Positions 10,020-21,073 are shown, numbered from the stretch's first letter. The stretch is DNA of 64,000 bases from Candidatus Omnitrophota bacterium (GCA_043812955.1 JBDRLN010000076.1:4864-68863), one strand, 5' to 3'. Notes: generated by a model not told the origin, from the letters alone. Program-made: numbers and translations.

Positions 10020-11464
10020 TTTTCTTCCTGGGGCCGCAGCAGCGGGAATAAAATAACATCTCTAATTGCCGGCGAGTCAGTTAAAAGCATAACCAACCTG
10101 TCTATGCCAATACCCAAACCTCCGGCAGGAGGCATTCCGTGTTCCAAGGCTAAGCAATAATCCTCATCTACGCTTTTCTTATCATTGCCAACGGTTTCTT
10201 TGATCTCTTCTTCAAAACGGGCTTTTTGCTCTATAGGATCATTTAACTCTGAATAGGCATTGCCGATCTCCATCCCGGCAACATAAACTTCGAACCTCTC
10301 CGAGATCAAAGGATTATCAGTCCTGGCCTTAGCTAAAGGGCAGAGTGAAGTAAAATAATCAGTAATAAATATCGGCGCTTGGCTTACATCATGCTCCAAG
10401 GCATCCTCGATAACCTTATTAATCTGGGAACGAGAGAGCTTAGTGTTATCCCGGGCAAATCCTTTATCCCTCAATTTCTTAAGCATTACCTCGGCAGCGT
10501 CTGAAGGCTTAATATCAAATTTCTCATTAACTAAACCGGCAAAAGAAACCCTCTTCCAGGGCGGGGTAAGGTCAATTTCTTTACCCTGATAGGTAAAACT
10601 GGTTTTTCCCAAAAGCTCAAGGCATGAGCCAACCATGATATCCTGACAAAGTTGCATCATATCCTCATAATTAGCATAAGCCGCGTAAACTTCAAGCATG
10701 GTAAACTCCGGATTATGCCGGGTAGATACCCCTTCATTACGGAAACTGCGATTTATTTCGTAAACCCTGTCCAAGCCACCGACTAAAAGCCTTTTTAAAT
10801 ATAATTCCGGAGCAATCCTTAAATAAAGCTGCATATCATATTCATTATGCTTAGTCTTAAAAGGCCTGCCGGCAGCTCCTCCGGGTATATAATGCATCAT
10901 CGGGGTCTCAACTTCTAAAAAACCCTTTTTATCCAGGATATCCCGGATAGATTTAAGTACCTGGGAACGCTGCAAAAATACTTCTTTTACCTCTTCATTA
11001 GAGAGTAAATCCAGGTAGCGCTGGCGGTAGCGTATATCCACATCCTTTAAGCCGTGCCATTTTTCAGGTAAAGGCCTAAGCGCTTTAGCTAAAATCGTAA
11101 ATTCTTCTACCTTAAGAGTAAACTCTCCGGTGTGGGTTTTGAAAAGTTCACCCTTAGCCGCGAGGATATCGGCAATATCCAAATTATCCAACAAAGCAAA
11201 TTTATCCTTACCGATAAAATCCGCCTTAATATAAAGCTGGATCTTGGCGGTAGTATCCCTTAAATCCATAAATATCACCTTGCCATGCAGCCGTTTAGCC
11301 ATGATCCTACCGCAGAGTGAGGCTTTTTTACCCTCAGCAAAATCCTTAAGCGCCGCAGCAATATGCGTATGCTCAGGCACATTACTAGGGTACAAAGGTA
11401 TGCCCTGGGCCTTAAGAGACTCTGATTTCTGCCTGCGTTGGGCTATAATATCATCTAGTTCCAT
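10016..11464 (-). CDS. lysS: Lysine--tRNA ligase (class II)
   Basis: YRQRYLDL, LRIAPELYLKRL, FRNEG...HNPEF, GLGIGIDRL. Confidence 0.97.
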   Translation of the reverse strand: MELDDIIAQRRQKSESLKAQGIPLYPSNVPEHTHIAAALKDFAEGKKASLCGRIMAKRLHGKVIFMDLRDTTAKIQLYIKADFIGKDKFALLDNLDIADILAAKGELFKTHTGEFTLKVEEFTILAKALRPLPEKWHGLKDVDIRYRQRYLDLLSNEEVKEVFLQRSQVLKSIRDILDKKGFLEVETPMMHYIPGGAAGRPFKTKHNEYDMQLYLRIAPELYLKRLLVGGLDRVYEINRSFRNEGVSTRHNPEFTMLEVYAAYANYEDMMQLCQDIMVGSCLELLGKTSFTYQGKEIDLTPPWKRVSFAGLVNEKFDIKPSDAAEVMLKKLRDKGFARDNTKLSRSQINKVIEDALEHDVSQAPIFITDYFTSLCPLAKARTDNPLISERFEVYVAGMEIGNAYSELNDPIEQKARFEEEIKETVGNDKKSVDEDYCLALEHGMPPAGGLGIGIDRLVMLLTDSPAIRDVILFPLLRPQEEK

Positions 11465-11473
11465 AATCGTTTA

Positions 11474-11502
11474 ATTATATAGTATAAACCAGGTTATGTC
11501 AA
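11474..11502 (-). promoter_or_regulatory. sigma70 promoter of lysS (near-leaderless)
   Basis: TTGACA-N17-TATAAT, 9 nt before the ATG, no SD. Confidence 0.8.
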
Positions 11503-11565
11503 ATTAATTGGCAAAGAGCATAAATTCGCATCTTGATCACCTTGACCTGAAATTACATTGATTTT

Positions 11566-11594
11566 TTGCAATAACTGCATTCTTCTGGTATAAT
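11566..11594 (+). promoter_or_regulatory. sigma70 promoter with extended -10, divergent from lysS
   Basis: TTGCAA-N17-TATAAT with TG extension, 9 nt before ATG 11604. Confidence 0.7.
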
Positions 11595-11603
11595 TTAATA
11601 TAG

Positions 11604-12140
11604 ATGAGTAGAAAAATAGGTAAAAAATTTTTGTTGGTTTGGGCTATAATAACTACCGCATCCTTTAACACTTCTTTAGCGTTCGGTCAAGCGGTTAACT
11701 CAAAACCATCCCTTCCCCAAAAAAGCGGCCTAAAATCAACGATCATCATCTCAACCTTTAAAACATTAGCTAAGGCTGTTGTAGCCAGCGATACAACCAA
11801 TTTTAAAGAAACGCTCAAAAACAAAATATCCGCAATGGATGAAAATAGTTTTTATAGCTATTATCAAGATTTTTTCGAACATCTCCGGGAACGCGATTTT
11901 CTTATTAAAACTTACAACCTTACCAAAAACCTAACCCGGGAAGAAGCTATAAAAATAATAAACTCATTAAACAACCAGAAAATCTTTCAAATCATTGACA
12001 ACCTTCCCAGCCAGACAATATTTGACGAATTAAACCGTTACGCAAAAAAAACTAAGCAGGATTTAAGTAACGACAGCCAGGTCATCATAGTTAGCAACAA
12101 AGTAATAGGCTATCTTAAAAATAAATACCTGGGAAAGTAA
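11604..12140 (+). CDS. Hypothetical exported protein
   Basis: Signal-peptide-like N-terminus, 178 aa, has its own promoter; no recognised motif. Confidence 0.7.
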   Translation: MSRKIGKKFLLVWAIITTASFNTSLAFGQAVNSKPSLPQKSGLKSTIIISTFKTLAKAVVASDTTNFKETLKNKISAMDENSFYSYYQDFFEHLRERDFLIKTYNLTKNLTREEAIKIINSLNNQKIFQIIDNLPSQTIFDELNRYAKKTKQDLSNDSQVIIVSNKVIGYLKNKYLGK

Positions 12141-12162
12141 ATCCTATATGGAATATTAACAC

Positions 12163-13407
12163 ATGGTAAAGAGATCTATCAGTCGGGTTTTTGTTATTAT
12201 CGCTTCTATCGCGCTCTTGCAGATTGTCGGCACAATCATACTTGCCCGGAATTTCACCAAACCAGAGATGGGATTTTATAGGCTTGTCCTAACTATGATT
12301 GAATATGGCAGCCTCTTGGCTATCGTGGGAATGGACCATTCAATAGTGCGCTTTTTCTCATCAGCCGAATCTCAATTCTCTCAATATAACTGGAAAAAAT
12401 TCTTAGGCTTTTTTCCCTTCTCTCTCATTCTTATTAGTTTCGCTTTTATTTTATTAATGAGCGTAGCCTATAAATTAAACCTTCAAATCAGCATATTAAT
12501 ATTCACCTCGATTATCCTCACCGGCTTCGCGGGGATATTATCTTCTTTTTTGCGGGCACAGAAAAAATATACACTCTCAGCATTTCTGGGACGACTTAAT
12601 TTCCTGATTTTTTTCGCGGCCGTTCTTTTATTGGTGGTTTTAAAAAGTCTCTCTGTAACAAAAACCATCCTGGCTTATCTCATCTCTTTATTAATTGCCT
12701 TAAGCATCCTAAAAACCTATGTTTTTAATAAAATTCCTTCCGGAGTGCATAATCTTCCCTCCTCAATTTTTAGAAATCGCAGCTATTATTTTGGCATGGG
12801 CCTAGCCTTCATCACAATAATACAAGCGGGTAACTTTTTTATCGCCAAAATGCTCTCCTTAAAAGACTTGGGGGTTTACGCTGTATTATTCGGAATTATG
12901 CGGCTCTTTGAATTCACCCAAGATTCTATATATTATGTTTTGGTGCCCGCGCTTAACGCTAAAAAACATATTCCGGCCAAGAATATATTCTTATCCTTAT
13001 TATTAATCGGCATAGTTATCGGTTCCTTCTATCTTGCTTTCGGCGGGATGATCGTACACTGGCTTTTTTCCGGACGCTATGATGAAGGAATACCGCTTAT
13101 CCCGTTTTTTATTATTATCGGCATAATCAAAACACTGCTTATCCTACCGACAAGCATAATCGGAGGAAAAAGTTCTGAACAAACACTACAAAGTCAATGT
13201 TATCTATTTATCTTGACCGCGTTAGTGAATATTGTATTGACCATTGTCTTTATTCGGCAATGGCAGTTAAAAGGCGTGCTGCTGGCAAACCTGGTAAGCT
13301 GGTCGCTATTGTTATTATTCACTACCCTAGGTACAAAAAAGTACTGGGGAAGCCAAACCGCTGAAAACAATCTGCAAAAAGATGCATTTTTTTATGGAAA
13401 AGGTTAA
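12163..13407 (+). CDS. Wzx-like polysaccharide flippase
   Basis: About 12 hydrophobic segments, ILARNFTKPEMGFY and DLGVYAV MOP-family pattern; first gene of a glycosyltransferase cluster. Confidence 0.8.
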   Translation: MVKRSISRVFVIIASIALLQIVGTIILARNFTKPEMGFYRLVLTMIEYGSLLAIVGMDHSIVRFFSSAESQFSQYNWKKFLGFFPFSLILISFAFILLMSVAYKLNLQISILIFTSIILTGFAGILSSFLRAQKKYTLSAFLGRLNFLIFFAAVLLLVVLKSLSVTKTILAYLISLLIALSILKTYVFNKIPSGVHNLPSSIFRNRSYYFGMGLAFITIIQAGNFFIAKMLSLKDLGVYAVLFGIMRLFEFTQDSIYYVLVPALNAKKHIPAKNIFLSLLLIGIVIGSFYLAFGGMIVHWLFSGRYDEGIPLIPFFIIIGIIKTLLILPTSIIGGKSSEQTLQSQCYLFILTALVNIVLTIVFIRQWQLKGVLLANLVSWSLLLLFTTLGTKKYWGSQTAENNLQKDAFFYGKG

Positions 13408-14410
13408 GCTTTCGGTTATTATTCCGGCTAGGAATGAAGAAAATAATATTGACAGGTGTGTAAATTCACTTTCCGGGGCAATCCCCGGAAATTATAGCGC
13501 TGAAATAATCCTGGTCGATTGCTCTTCTTCAGACAACACCATACTAAAAGCCAAAAGTTTTCCCATAAAAATACTGGGAACTAAACCAGACTGGCCGCAA
13601 TCACCAGCTGCCGCCCGTTACCTGGGCACTAAATTTGCAACGGGTGACTTTATTTTTTTTATTGACGCTGATATGAAATTGGAGCGCGGATTCTTAGACA
13701 AGGCTATGCGATTACTGGATGAAAATCAGCTGATAGCCGGGATAAGCGGGATCGGCAAAGAAATATATATACGCGATAACAAGGAGATCGGTTATAAACC
13801 AGATATATACCAGACTGATAAATTTAATAAAAAAGCTACCTTTCTAGGAGGAGCAGCTTTATATAGAAAGAGCTGCCTGGATGAAATAGGCGGATTTAAT
13901 CCTTATTTAAGGGCAGGGGAAGAAAGGGAATTAGCCCAACGGCTACGCAAAAAAGGTTATGACCTGCTCTTGATCCCCTTCCCGATGATCTGCCACTATA
14001 CCGCCTTAGTCGAGGTATGGGATGAATTTCTCCGGCAGAAAAGAACGCGTTTATTCTTAGGCATTGGTGAAGCTATACGCAGCTGCCACTCATTTAAATT
14101 CTTGGCGGAAACCCTGTTTTATTATAAAGAGTTTACCTTATTTTTAATTATCTCATTATATATCTTATTGATCTTAACTTATTCGCTTTTTACAGTTTCC
14201 TTAAAATATATTTATTTTTGCCTGCTGCCTTATTTGATATTATATATATTTCTAGCAGTTAAAAAACAATCTTTTAAAAAACCGGCAGTGGCAATAGTAA
14301 AATGGTTAATTATATCATCCGATATTATGCGCGGCATCAGCCTTAAGCCCAAAGACCCTTCTTCCTATCCAACAGAGGTTACTATTATTCAAGGTGAATT
14401 CAATGTTTAA
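13394..14410 (+). CDS. Glycosyltransferase family 2 with C-terminal TM helices
   Basis: LSVIIPARNEE, FIDAD (DxD); start at 13394 or 13382. Confidence 0.88.
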   Translation: MEKVKLSVIIPARNEENNIDRCVNSLSGAIPGNYSAEIILVDCSSSDNTILKAKSFPIKILGTKPDWPQSPAAARYLGTKFATGDFIFFIDADMKLERGFLDKAMRLLDENQLIAGISGIGKEIYIRDNKEIGYKPDIYQTDKFNKKATFLGGAALYRKSCLDEIGGFNPYLRAGEERELAQRLRKKGYDLLLIPFPMICHYTALVEVWDEFLRQKRTRLFLGIGEAIRSCHSFKFLAETLFYYKEFTLFLIISLYILLILTYSLFTVSLKYIYFCLLPYLILYIFLAVKKQSFKKPAVAIVKWLIISSDIMRGISLKPKDPSSYPTEVTIIQGEFNV

Positions 14411-15569
14411 AAACCGCGATATTGTCTGCATCTCAACTATAAATTGGGATTTTTTATATCAGCGCCACCAGATACTTATGGAGCTATTTGCCAAATCCGG
14501 AAGCCGCGTCTTTTATCTTGAAAACATAAATCCTTCACCCGTAATCAATTTATCACTGCTACCTAAATTATTGAAACAGGGCAGAAAAATATTTTTTAAG
14601 CCTGCTAAAGCAGGCCTATCTAATATCCGAATAATTTCACCTTTTATCCTGCCGTTAAAAAACAAGGTCGCCGGCTGCATTAACCAGAAAGTTTTTATAA
14701 AATACCTATCGTCTTATTTAACAGGTAAAGGTGTTAAAAATCCCATGATCTGGACATACCTAGCCACTTCTTTAGCTATAGATTTAATCGCTAGACTAAA
14801 ACCTTCGCTTTTAATTTATGATTGTGTATTCGATGCCCCCCTTCATCCTTCCTCGCCAAAGGATATTTTTCAATCTGAAGTAAAATTAATCCGTTTAGCG
14901 GATGCGATTTTTACCGATAACTCCCTGCTCTTGGAAAAATGCGCTAAAATAAACCGGCAGTCTTATCTTATTCCCCCGGGAGTTATATTTGAAGACTTTG
15001 ATCAGGCATCCTTCTTAACAAAAACTAATAGTTTTTTACATATCCCCGGTCCAAGGATATGCTTTTTCGGAGGAATCGATAACCTGCGCCTGGATTTAGA
15101 GCTTATCCGCGGCATCGCGCTGGCTAAGCCTCTCTGGAGCATAATACTTCTCGGTCCGGTAATAAAAACCGATGTCTCTTTGCTTAAGCTAAAAAATGTA
15201 TATTTTAGAAGCGCTGTCGACCACAGCCTGCTGGGGTCATACCTGGCTTCAGTAGATGTTTTAATCCTGCCTTATAAAATAATCCCCTTTTCCAACTCGA
15301 TCTTTCCTGCTAAAATATTTGAGTGCCTGGCAACGGGCAAACCGATAGTTTCAACTCCCTTGCCGCAACTAAGCCTTCTAAGCCGGGGTTTGATAAAGAT
15401 AGCGGAAAATCCGAAAGAATTCATTGATTCTATTACAAGCTGCCTTAATTATGACAGCGATACAGATAAAGAAAAAAGACGCATTGCCGCGCGGGAGAAT
15501 TCATGGCTAAAACGAATTAATGAAATCCGGCGCGTATTAAATGAATTGCCGGATAGAAAGGCCAGGTAG
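14403..15569 (+). CDS. GT-B fold glycosyltransferase
   Basis: QRHQ, IYDCVFD, PAKIFECLATGKPIVST, ENSW; ATG at 14403 (GTG at 14394 possible). Confidence 0.85.
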   Translation: MFKNRDIVCISTINWDFLYQRHQILMELFAKSGSRVFYLENINPSPVINLSLLPKLLKQGRKIFFKPAKAGLSNIRIISPFILPLKNKVAGCINQKVFIKYLSSYLTGKGVKNPMIWTYLATSLAIDLIARLKPSLLIYDCVFDAPLHPSSPKDIFQSEVKLIRLADAIFTDNSLLLEKCAKINRQSYLIPPGVIFEDFDQASFLTKTNSFLHIPGPRICFFGGIDNLRLDLELIRGIALAKPLWSIILLGPVIKTDVSLLKLKNVYFRSAVDHSLLGSYLASVDVLILPYKIIPFSNSIFPAKIFECLATGKPIVSTPLPQLSLLSRGLIKIAENPKEFIDSITSCLNYDSDTDKEKRRIAARENSWLKRINEIRRVLNELPDRKAR

Positions 15570-15575
15570 AAATAG

Positions 15576-16979
15576 ATGAATATTTTCTATATATTTGCGG
15601 TCGGATCTGGAATTGCAATCGCTTTTTTTTCACAAGCAAGAGAGTTCTATTATCTGGCAGTATTATGCGTAATCGCGGGATTATACTTTTCTTTTAAGAA
15701 AAAGGAGATCGGATTAACCGACCTTTTAATTCTTTTTATCACAACCATCCCCTTGCATACTTTCCGTTTCGGTAGCCAGGAGCAGTTCATCCGCCTGAGC
15801 GAAATTGCCTTTATCCCCTTAGCCGCCTGGTGGTTAATAACCCGTTTTTTAAACCGGACCCAGCGGCCGCTTAAAATAAACCTGGAATCGCTTTTTATTC
15901 TGGCCTACATCATAATCAATGTCCTGGCTACAAAAAACTCGATGTTGCCTCTTATAAGTGTTAAACGGATCATTATCCTATCTTACTTATTTCTATTTAC
16001 CATAATAGTATCTGATATTATTAATACTAAAGATAAAACGGCCAAGATCTTAACCGCGATGGCGCTGATATCCGGCATTTCAGCTATAATTGCCATATTG
16101 CAAAGTATAATCCCGCAATTACTTTTTTTTAACCGAGTCCCGATCGGCAGTATTTTTGGCCTAACCTTCTATAGGGCCGGGGTAGGCTGGCATGACCCCA
16201 ATTACTACGCCCTCTATTTAGGGATGAACGCCGCAATGACATTCTGTTACATTTTAGCCACCCCCAAGAATAAACAGCTCTTATTTAAGGCCTGTTTTGT
16301 TTTACAGTTGCTGGGAATTATGGCTACATTTTCCCGCACGGTGATGGGAAGTCTTATCTTAGTTTGCCTTTACCTATTATTTTATTACGGCAAGAGGAAA
16401 TCAGCTTTAGCAATACTAACTTTAATTTTACTAAGCTCCATAATAATAACTACTACTATTCCTATAATATATAAAAAATATCCGCTGCTGGCGTCTATTA
16501 TATACAGAATCCCGGAAAGAGAAAAATTAAAGGAAGATCCAGTGTTAATTATGGGGCATCGTTATGCCGCCTTTAAAGCTAACTGGGCGATGTTTTTGGA
16601 CCACCCTATTTTAGGTGTCGGGCCATTTATGGCCATGTATAATTATGATAAATACCAACCAATCGGCTATAAATACGAGATGACGCAGCTGGCCTCACAC
16701 AACCAATACCTGCAACTTTTATCGGAAAAAGGAATATTCGGTTTTATAATATTCCTCTGGCTGATTCTATTGATTCTAAAAAAGATCTCGGCCGGCTTAA
16801 AACAACCCTTAGGCCCCGATAAAAAAACTTACCTTATGGCGCTTAAATCAGCTATATTTGTTTACCTAATCTCGTCTTTTTCTCTAGAGACCTCATACGA
16901 ATTGCAGTTCTGGCTTACAATAGGCCTAAGCCTGGCAATTCTAAAATTAATAGAAAAAGAGCGGTCTAATGTTTTATAA
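15576..16979 (+). CDS. Wzy/O-antigen ligase family membrane protein
   Basis: Multi-TM; HDPNYYA, TFSR, HPILGVG, SHNQYLQLLSEKGIFG. Confidence 0.85.
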   Translation: MNIFYIFAVGSGIAIAFFSQAREFYYLAVLCVIAGLYFSFKKKEIGLTDLLILFITTIPLHTFRFGSQEQFIRLSEIAFIPLAAWWLITRFLNRTQRPLKINLESLFILAYIIINVLATKNSMLPLISVKRIIILSYLFLFTIIVSDIINTKDKTAKILTAMALISGISAIIAILQSIIPQLLFFNRVPIGSIFGLTFYRAGVGWHDPNYYALYLGMNAAMTFCYILATPKNKQLLFKACFVLQLLGIMATFSRTVMGSLILVCLYLLFYYGKRKSALAILTLILLSSIIITTTIPIIYKKYPLLASIIYRIPEREKLKEDPVLIMGHRYAAFKANWAMFLDHPILGVGPFMAMYNYDKYQPIGYKYEMTQLASHNQYLQLLSEKGIFGFIIFLWLILLILKKISAGLKQPLGPDKKTYLMALKSAIFVYLISSFSLETSYELQFWLTIGLSLAILKLIEKERSNVL

Positions 16980-18138
16980 AACTATATTATTCATTGACCA
17001 ATACCCTGGACTCTCTGGCGGGCAAAAAGTCCTCTTTACTATTATTGCCGACTTTGTCAAAAAAGGTTACCATTGCTTAGCTATACTCCCGGAAAAAGGA
17101 GAGTTATCGCAAAATTTAGCTGAACTTAAAGTAGATTCAATTTTTTTTCCAATAGGCTATTATTCGATTACCCAAAAGACTATCTTTGATTTGTTAAATT
17201 ATGCCGTCAGGCTGCCTATATTGATCTTTTTACTTACCAGGCTGATCATAAAAAAACGTCCAGGCCTAGTCTATGCTAATGGCGCCCGGACTTACTTCTG
17301 GGCTACCTTAGCCTGCTTTTTTACCAAAACCCAGCTGGTCTGGCACCTGCACAGCATATTCAATAAAGGCATGATGAAACAATTATGCATTATTTTTGGC
17401 GGCTTCCCGGTTGTCAACAAAATCATAGCGGTATCGATCGCTGCCGCAGAGCCTTTAGCAAAACTCGGCCCTAAAATTAAGATAATCTACAACGGAGTCA
17501 GCTTAAAACACGATTCGCCAAAAAACAACACTTTTAAGGATGAATTTAATATCCCTGCCGGTTCATTCCTTGTAGGAAATATCGGAATTTTAGAGGATTG
17601 GAAGAATCAAGAAGACCTGATTCAAGCGGCAAATATTATCAAGAATAAAGGAAAAACCAATATTTACTTTTTTATGATCGGAGATTCATTGTATCCAGAG
17701 CCTTCCCGCCAGAAATACAAAAAACACCTGTTAAAATTAACCGGCGAGCTCGGCCTTAAAGAAAAGGTCTTTTTTCTGGGTTTTCGTAGCAACGCCCAGG
17801 AAATTATGAAAGGTTTAGATTTAATGGTTATTTGTTCTAAGGACCCTGACCCCTGCCCGCTGGTAAGCCTGGAGGCTGCCTCTATCGGCTTGCCGATTCT
17901 AGCCGCAGATCTAGGCGGAGTAAAAGAAATGTTTATCCCGGATAACGAAGCCTTATTCTATCCCCCTTTAAAATATCAGATACTCGCAGAAAAGATAATC
18001 GCCGCTTCAGAAAATAATCCAGATCTAAAAGCCATTTCTAAAGCCGCGCTGGATAAAGTACAAAAAGAGTATACCATTGATCAATTTTTAAACAAGATCC
18101 ATTCTTCTTTAAATAGGCTACTAAACAATAATGAATAA
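16969..18138 (+). CDS. Glycosyltransferase family 4
   Basis: SGGQKV, WHLH, IYNGV, DPCPLVSLEAASIGLP...GGVKE. Confidence 0.88.
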   Translation: MFYKTILFIDQYPGLSGGQKVLFTIIADFVKKGYHCLAILPEKGELSQNLAELKVDSIFFPIGYYSITQKTIFDLLNYAVRLPILIFLLTRLIIKKRPGLVYANGARTYFWATLACFFTKTQLVWHLHSIFNKGMMKQLCIIFGGFPVVNKIIAVSIAAAEPLAKLGPKIKIIYNGVSLKHDSPKNNTFKDEFNIPAGSFLVGNIGILEDWKNQEDLIQAANIIKNKGKTNIYFFMIGDSLYPEPSRQKYKKHLLKLTGELGLKEKVFFLGFRSNAQEIMKGLDLMVICSKDPDPCPLVSLEAASIGLPILAADLGGVKEMFIPDNEALFYPPLKYQILAEKIIAASENNPDLKAISKAALDKVQKEYTIDQFLNKIHSSLNRLLNNNE

Positions 18139-19621
18139 CCATATTCATAAAATAATGTTAATCGTCCCTGCGGCCACTATTTCTTCAGAATATTCTAAAG
18201 AAATACAGCCCCCACTCGGGCTGGCTTATATTGCAGCCTGCTTAGAAAAAGACTACCAGGTAAAAATCCTGGATGCCGCATGTGAAGGCTGGTATGAAGA
18301 AAGAAAAGAAACCAACGGTTTTTTAACCTACGGCCTTGACTACACGCAGATCAGTAAGCGGATTCAGGATTTTAATCCGGATGTGGTGGGAGTTTCCTGT
18401 TTATTCAGTATGCAGCATAAAAATGCCCACCGGGTTTGTCAGGTCGCCAAAAAAACCAATATAAACATCATTACAATCATGGGCGGCGCCCATCCCAGCG
18501 TATTAGCAGAAGAAACGCTAAAGGATGATTCCGTAGACTTCGTAGTAATCGGAGAGGGCGAACAAAGCACTAAAGAACTATTGGATAGCCTGCGTGATAA
18601 TAAAGATGTCTCCTCTATAGACGGTATTGCTTTTAAGGTAAATAATAAAATATTAATTAACCCCAAAACTAAATTTATCGAAGATCTAGATAGCCTCCCC
18701 TTGCCTGCCAGACACCTCTTACCTATGGATAAATATTTTAAGATCAATCTTCCCCATGGGATATCTTCGCGTTATAGACCAAATACGCCCGTAGTTACAT
18801 CCCGGGGATGCCCGGCAAATTGCATATTCTGTTCTATCCACTCAATATGGGGATATACCTTTCGCGGACGCAGAGCAGAAAATATCATTCAAGAATTAGA
18901 ATTTATTAAAGATACCTACGATATAAAAGAAATCCAGTTTGAAGATGACAACCTTACTTTCGATAAAACCCGGGCTATGCGTTTATTCCAATTAATGGTC
19001 GATAAAAAAATCGGTCTGGCCTGGACAACTCCTAACGGCGTATCCTTATGGAATCTGGATAAAGACCTACTTTCTAAAATGAAAGAGGCGGGCTGCTACC
19101 GCTTATGCCTGGCAATTGAATCCGGCGACCAAAAACTTCTATCGGAAACAATAAAAAAGCCCTTAAGGCTACAGAAGGTACTTGAGCTCATGCGCTGGAT
19201 AAAATACTACGGATTTGAAACTGACGCTTTTTTTGTCGTCGGATTCCCCGACGAGACCAAAGGACAGTTAAAAAATACATTTGAATTTGCCAGTAAATTA
19301 AATACGGATAACACAACATTTTATTTAGCCACCCCCTATCCCGGGACCGAGCTTTTTAAAATTTGCAGCCGGGAAGGATGGCTGGATAAAGATTTCTCTT
19401 TAAGTAACCTAGGAGTAAAAAAAGCCAATATATACACAAAATATTTTTCTAGAAACGAACTTGAGAAGATAGTAGCTTATCAGACTTTAAAGTTAAAAAT
19501 CAGCCTGCTCTGGCGTAACCCGAAAGCCTTTTACCGAAAAGTACTTAAAAGATTTTTTAAAACTCCGGGCCAATTCATTTCACTGGTAAATAAATTAGTC
19601 GAAAAAACATTCTCAAGATAA
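18131..19621 (+). CDS. Cobalamin-binding radical SAM protein
   Basis: PPLGLAYIA, GGAHP, GEGE, TSRGCPANCIFC (CX3CX2C), EDDN, PYPGT. Confidence 0.9.
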   Translation: MNNHIHKIMLIVPAATISSEYSKEIQPPLGLAYIAACLEKDYQVKILDAACEGWYEERKETNGFLTYGLDYTQISKRIQDFNPDVVGVSCLFSMQHKNAHRVCQVAKKTNINIITIMGGAHPSVLAEETLKDDSVDFVVIGEGEQSTKELLDSLRDNKDVSSIDGIAFKVNNKILINPKTKFIEDLDSLPLPARHLLPMDKYFKINLPHGISSRYRPNTPVVTSRGCPANCIFCSIHSIWGYTFRGRRAENIIQELEFIKDTYDIKEIQFEDDNLTFDKTRAMRLFQLMVDKKIGLAWTTPNGVSLWNLDKDLLSKMKEAGCYRLCLAIESGDQKLLSETIKKPLRLQKVLELMRWIKYYGFETDAFFVVGFPDETKGQLKNTFEFASKLNTDNTTFYLATPYPGTELFKICSREGWLDKDFSLSNLGVKKANIYTKYFSRNELEKIVAYQTLKLKISLLWRNPKAFYRKVLKRFFKTPGQFISLVNKLVEKTFSR

Positions 19622-19622
19622 A

Positions 19623-21071
19623 ATGAAGATATTACTTCTCAATCCTCCGTTTCTTCCCAGATACTCCCGATCCCAGCGCAGCCCCGCCGTCACAAAAAGC
19701 GGAACCCTCTATTACCCTATTTGGCTATGTTATTCGGCGGCAATCCTAGAAGAACACGGCTTTGAGATCAAAATAATCGATTCTCCTGCAGACAATTTGT
19801 CAAACCAGGAAACTCTGGAGATAATCAAAGAGTACTCCCCTGAGTTAGCAGTGATAGATACCTCAACACCCAGCATTTATAACGATGTCGAAATCTCAAG
19901 CCTTATCAAACAACAAAACCCCGAGTGTTTTACTCTGCTTGTTGGCACGCACGTTTCTGTCCTGGCCGAAGAAACATTGCTTCTATCAAATTCTATAGAT
20001 TGTATCGCCAGGGGCGAATATGATTTAACCATTCTTGAAATAGCCAATAGAATAAAACATAATGATCTAAACCTAAACTTCATAGATGGAATAAGCTACC
20101 GCGAAAATAATACTCTCCGACATAATCCCGATAGACAGCATATCGCTGAGCTCGACAAAATCCCCTTTGTTTCAAGAATATATAAAAAACATCTCAAGAT
20201 CAAAAACTATTTTTTTGCGGCGTCGCTATATCCCGAAATACAGATAATCACTGCTAGGGGATGTCCGTTTAAGTGTTTTTTTTGTCTCTGGCCGCAAACT
20301 TTTCAAGGCAGGGACTACCGCACGCGCAGCCCGGAAAATATCCTGGCTGAATTTATATATATAAAAAACAACCTCCCCATGGTTAAAGGCGTAGTTATTG
20401 AAGATGATACGTTTACGGTTGACAATAATAGAGTCCGGCGGATTTGTGAACTTCTCATAAAGGAGAAAATCGGCATAAAATGGAACGCTAACGTCAGAAC
20501 AAACCTGGACCTAGAGACCATGAAAATAATGAAAGCTGCTGGTTGTTACCTATTGATCGTGGGGATTGAAAGCACATCCCAAGATATACTGGACAATATC
20601 GATAAAGGGCTGCATTCTACCAATATAAAGACATTTTTCAATAATGCTAAAAAAACCCGCTTGCTGGTCCACGCGGCGTTTATGGCCGGAAATCCAGGCG
20701 AAACCGAAGAGAGCCTGCGGAAAGATTTATCCCTGGCTAAGATGCTCCTTCCTGATACTATTCAATTTTTCCCCCTTATGCCCTATCCGGGGACTAAGGC
20801 ATATTCCTGGGCAAAAAACAATGGTTATCTTAAAATAAATTCATTCCGGGATTACTTAAATGAGCATGGCCTACATAATACGGTAATTGACCTTCCCGGG
20901 TTATCGGGCAAACAATTGGTAAAATGGTGCAATTACAGCCGGCGCTCTTATTATTTAAGCCTTTCTTATTTCTGGTATAAATTAAAACAGGTAATTACAA
21001 ATCCCTGGTCTTGTACCCGGACACTCAGGGCATTGGCGACATTCAGAAAATATATTTTAAAACCGGACTAA
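19623..21071 (+). CDS. Cobalamin-binding radical SAM protein (HpnJ-like)
   Basis: YYPIWLCY, RGEYD, TARGCPFKCFFCLWPQT, EDDTF, PYPGT. Confidence 0.88.
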   Translation: MKILLLNPPFLPRYSRSQRSPAVTKSGTLYYPIWLCYSAAILEEHGFEIKIIDSPADNLSNQETLEIIKEYSPELAVIDTSTPSIYNDVEISSLIKQQNPECFTLLVGTHVSVLAEETLLLSNSIDCIARGEYDLTILEIANRIKHNDLNLNFIDGISYRENNTLRHNPDRQHIAELDKIPFVSRIYKKHLKIKNYFFAASLYPEIQIITARGCPFKCFFCLWPQTFQGRDYRTRSPENILAEFIYIKNNLPMVKGVVIEDDTFTVDNNRVRRICELLIKEKIGIKWNANVRTNLDLETMKIMKAAGCYLLIVGIESTSQDILDNIDKGLHSTNIKTFFNNAKKTRLLVHAAFMAGNPGETEESLRKDLSLAKMLLPDTIQFFPLMPYPGTKAYSWAKNNGYLKINSFRDYLNEHGLHNTVIDLPGLSGKQLVKWCNYSRRSYYLSLSYFWYKLKQVITNPWSCTRTLRALATFRKYILKPD

Positions 21072-21073
21072 AA

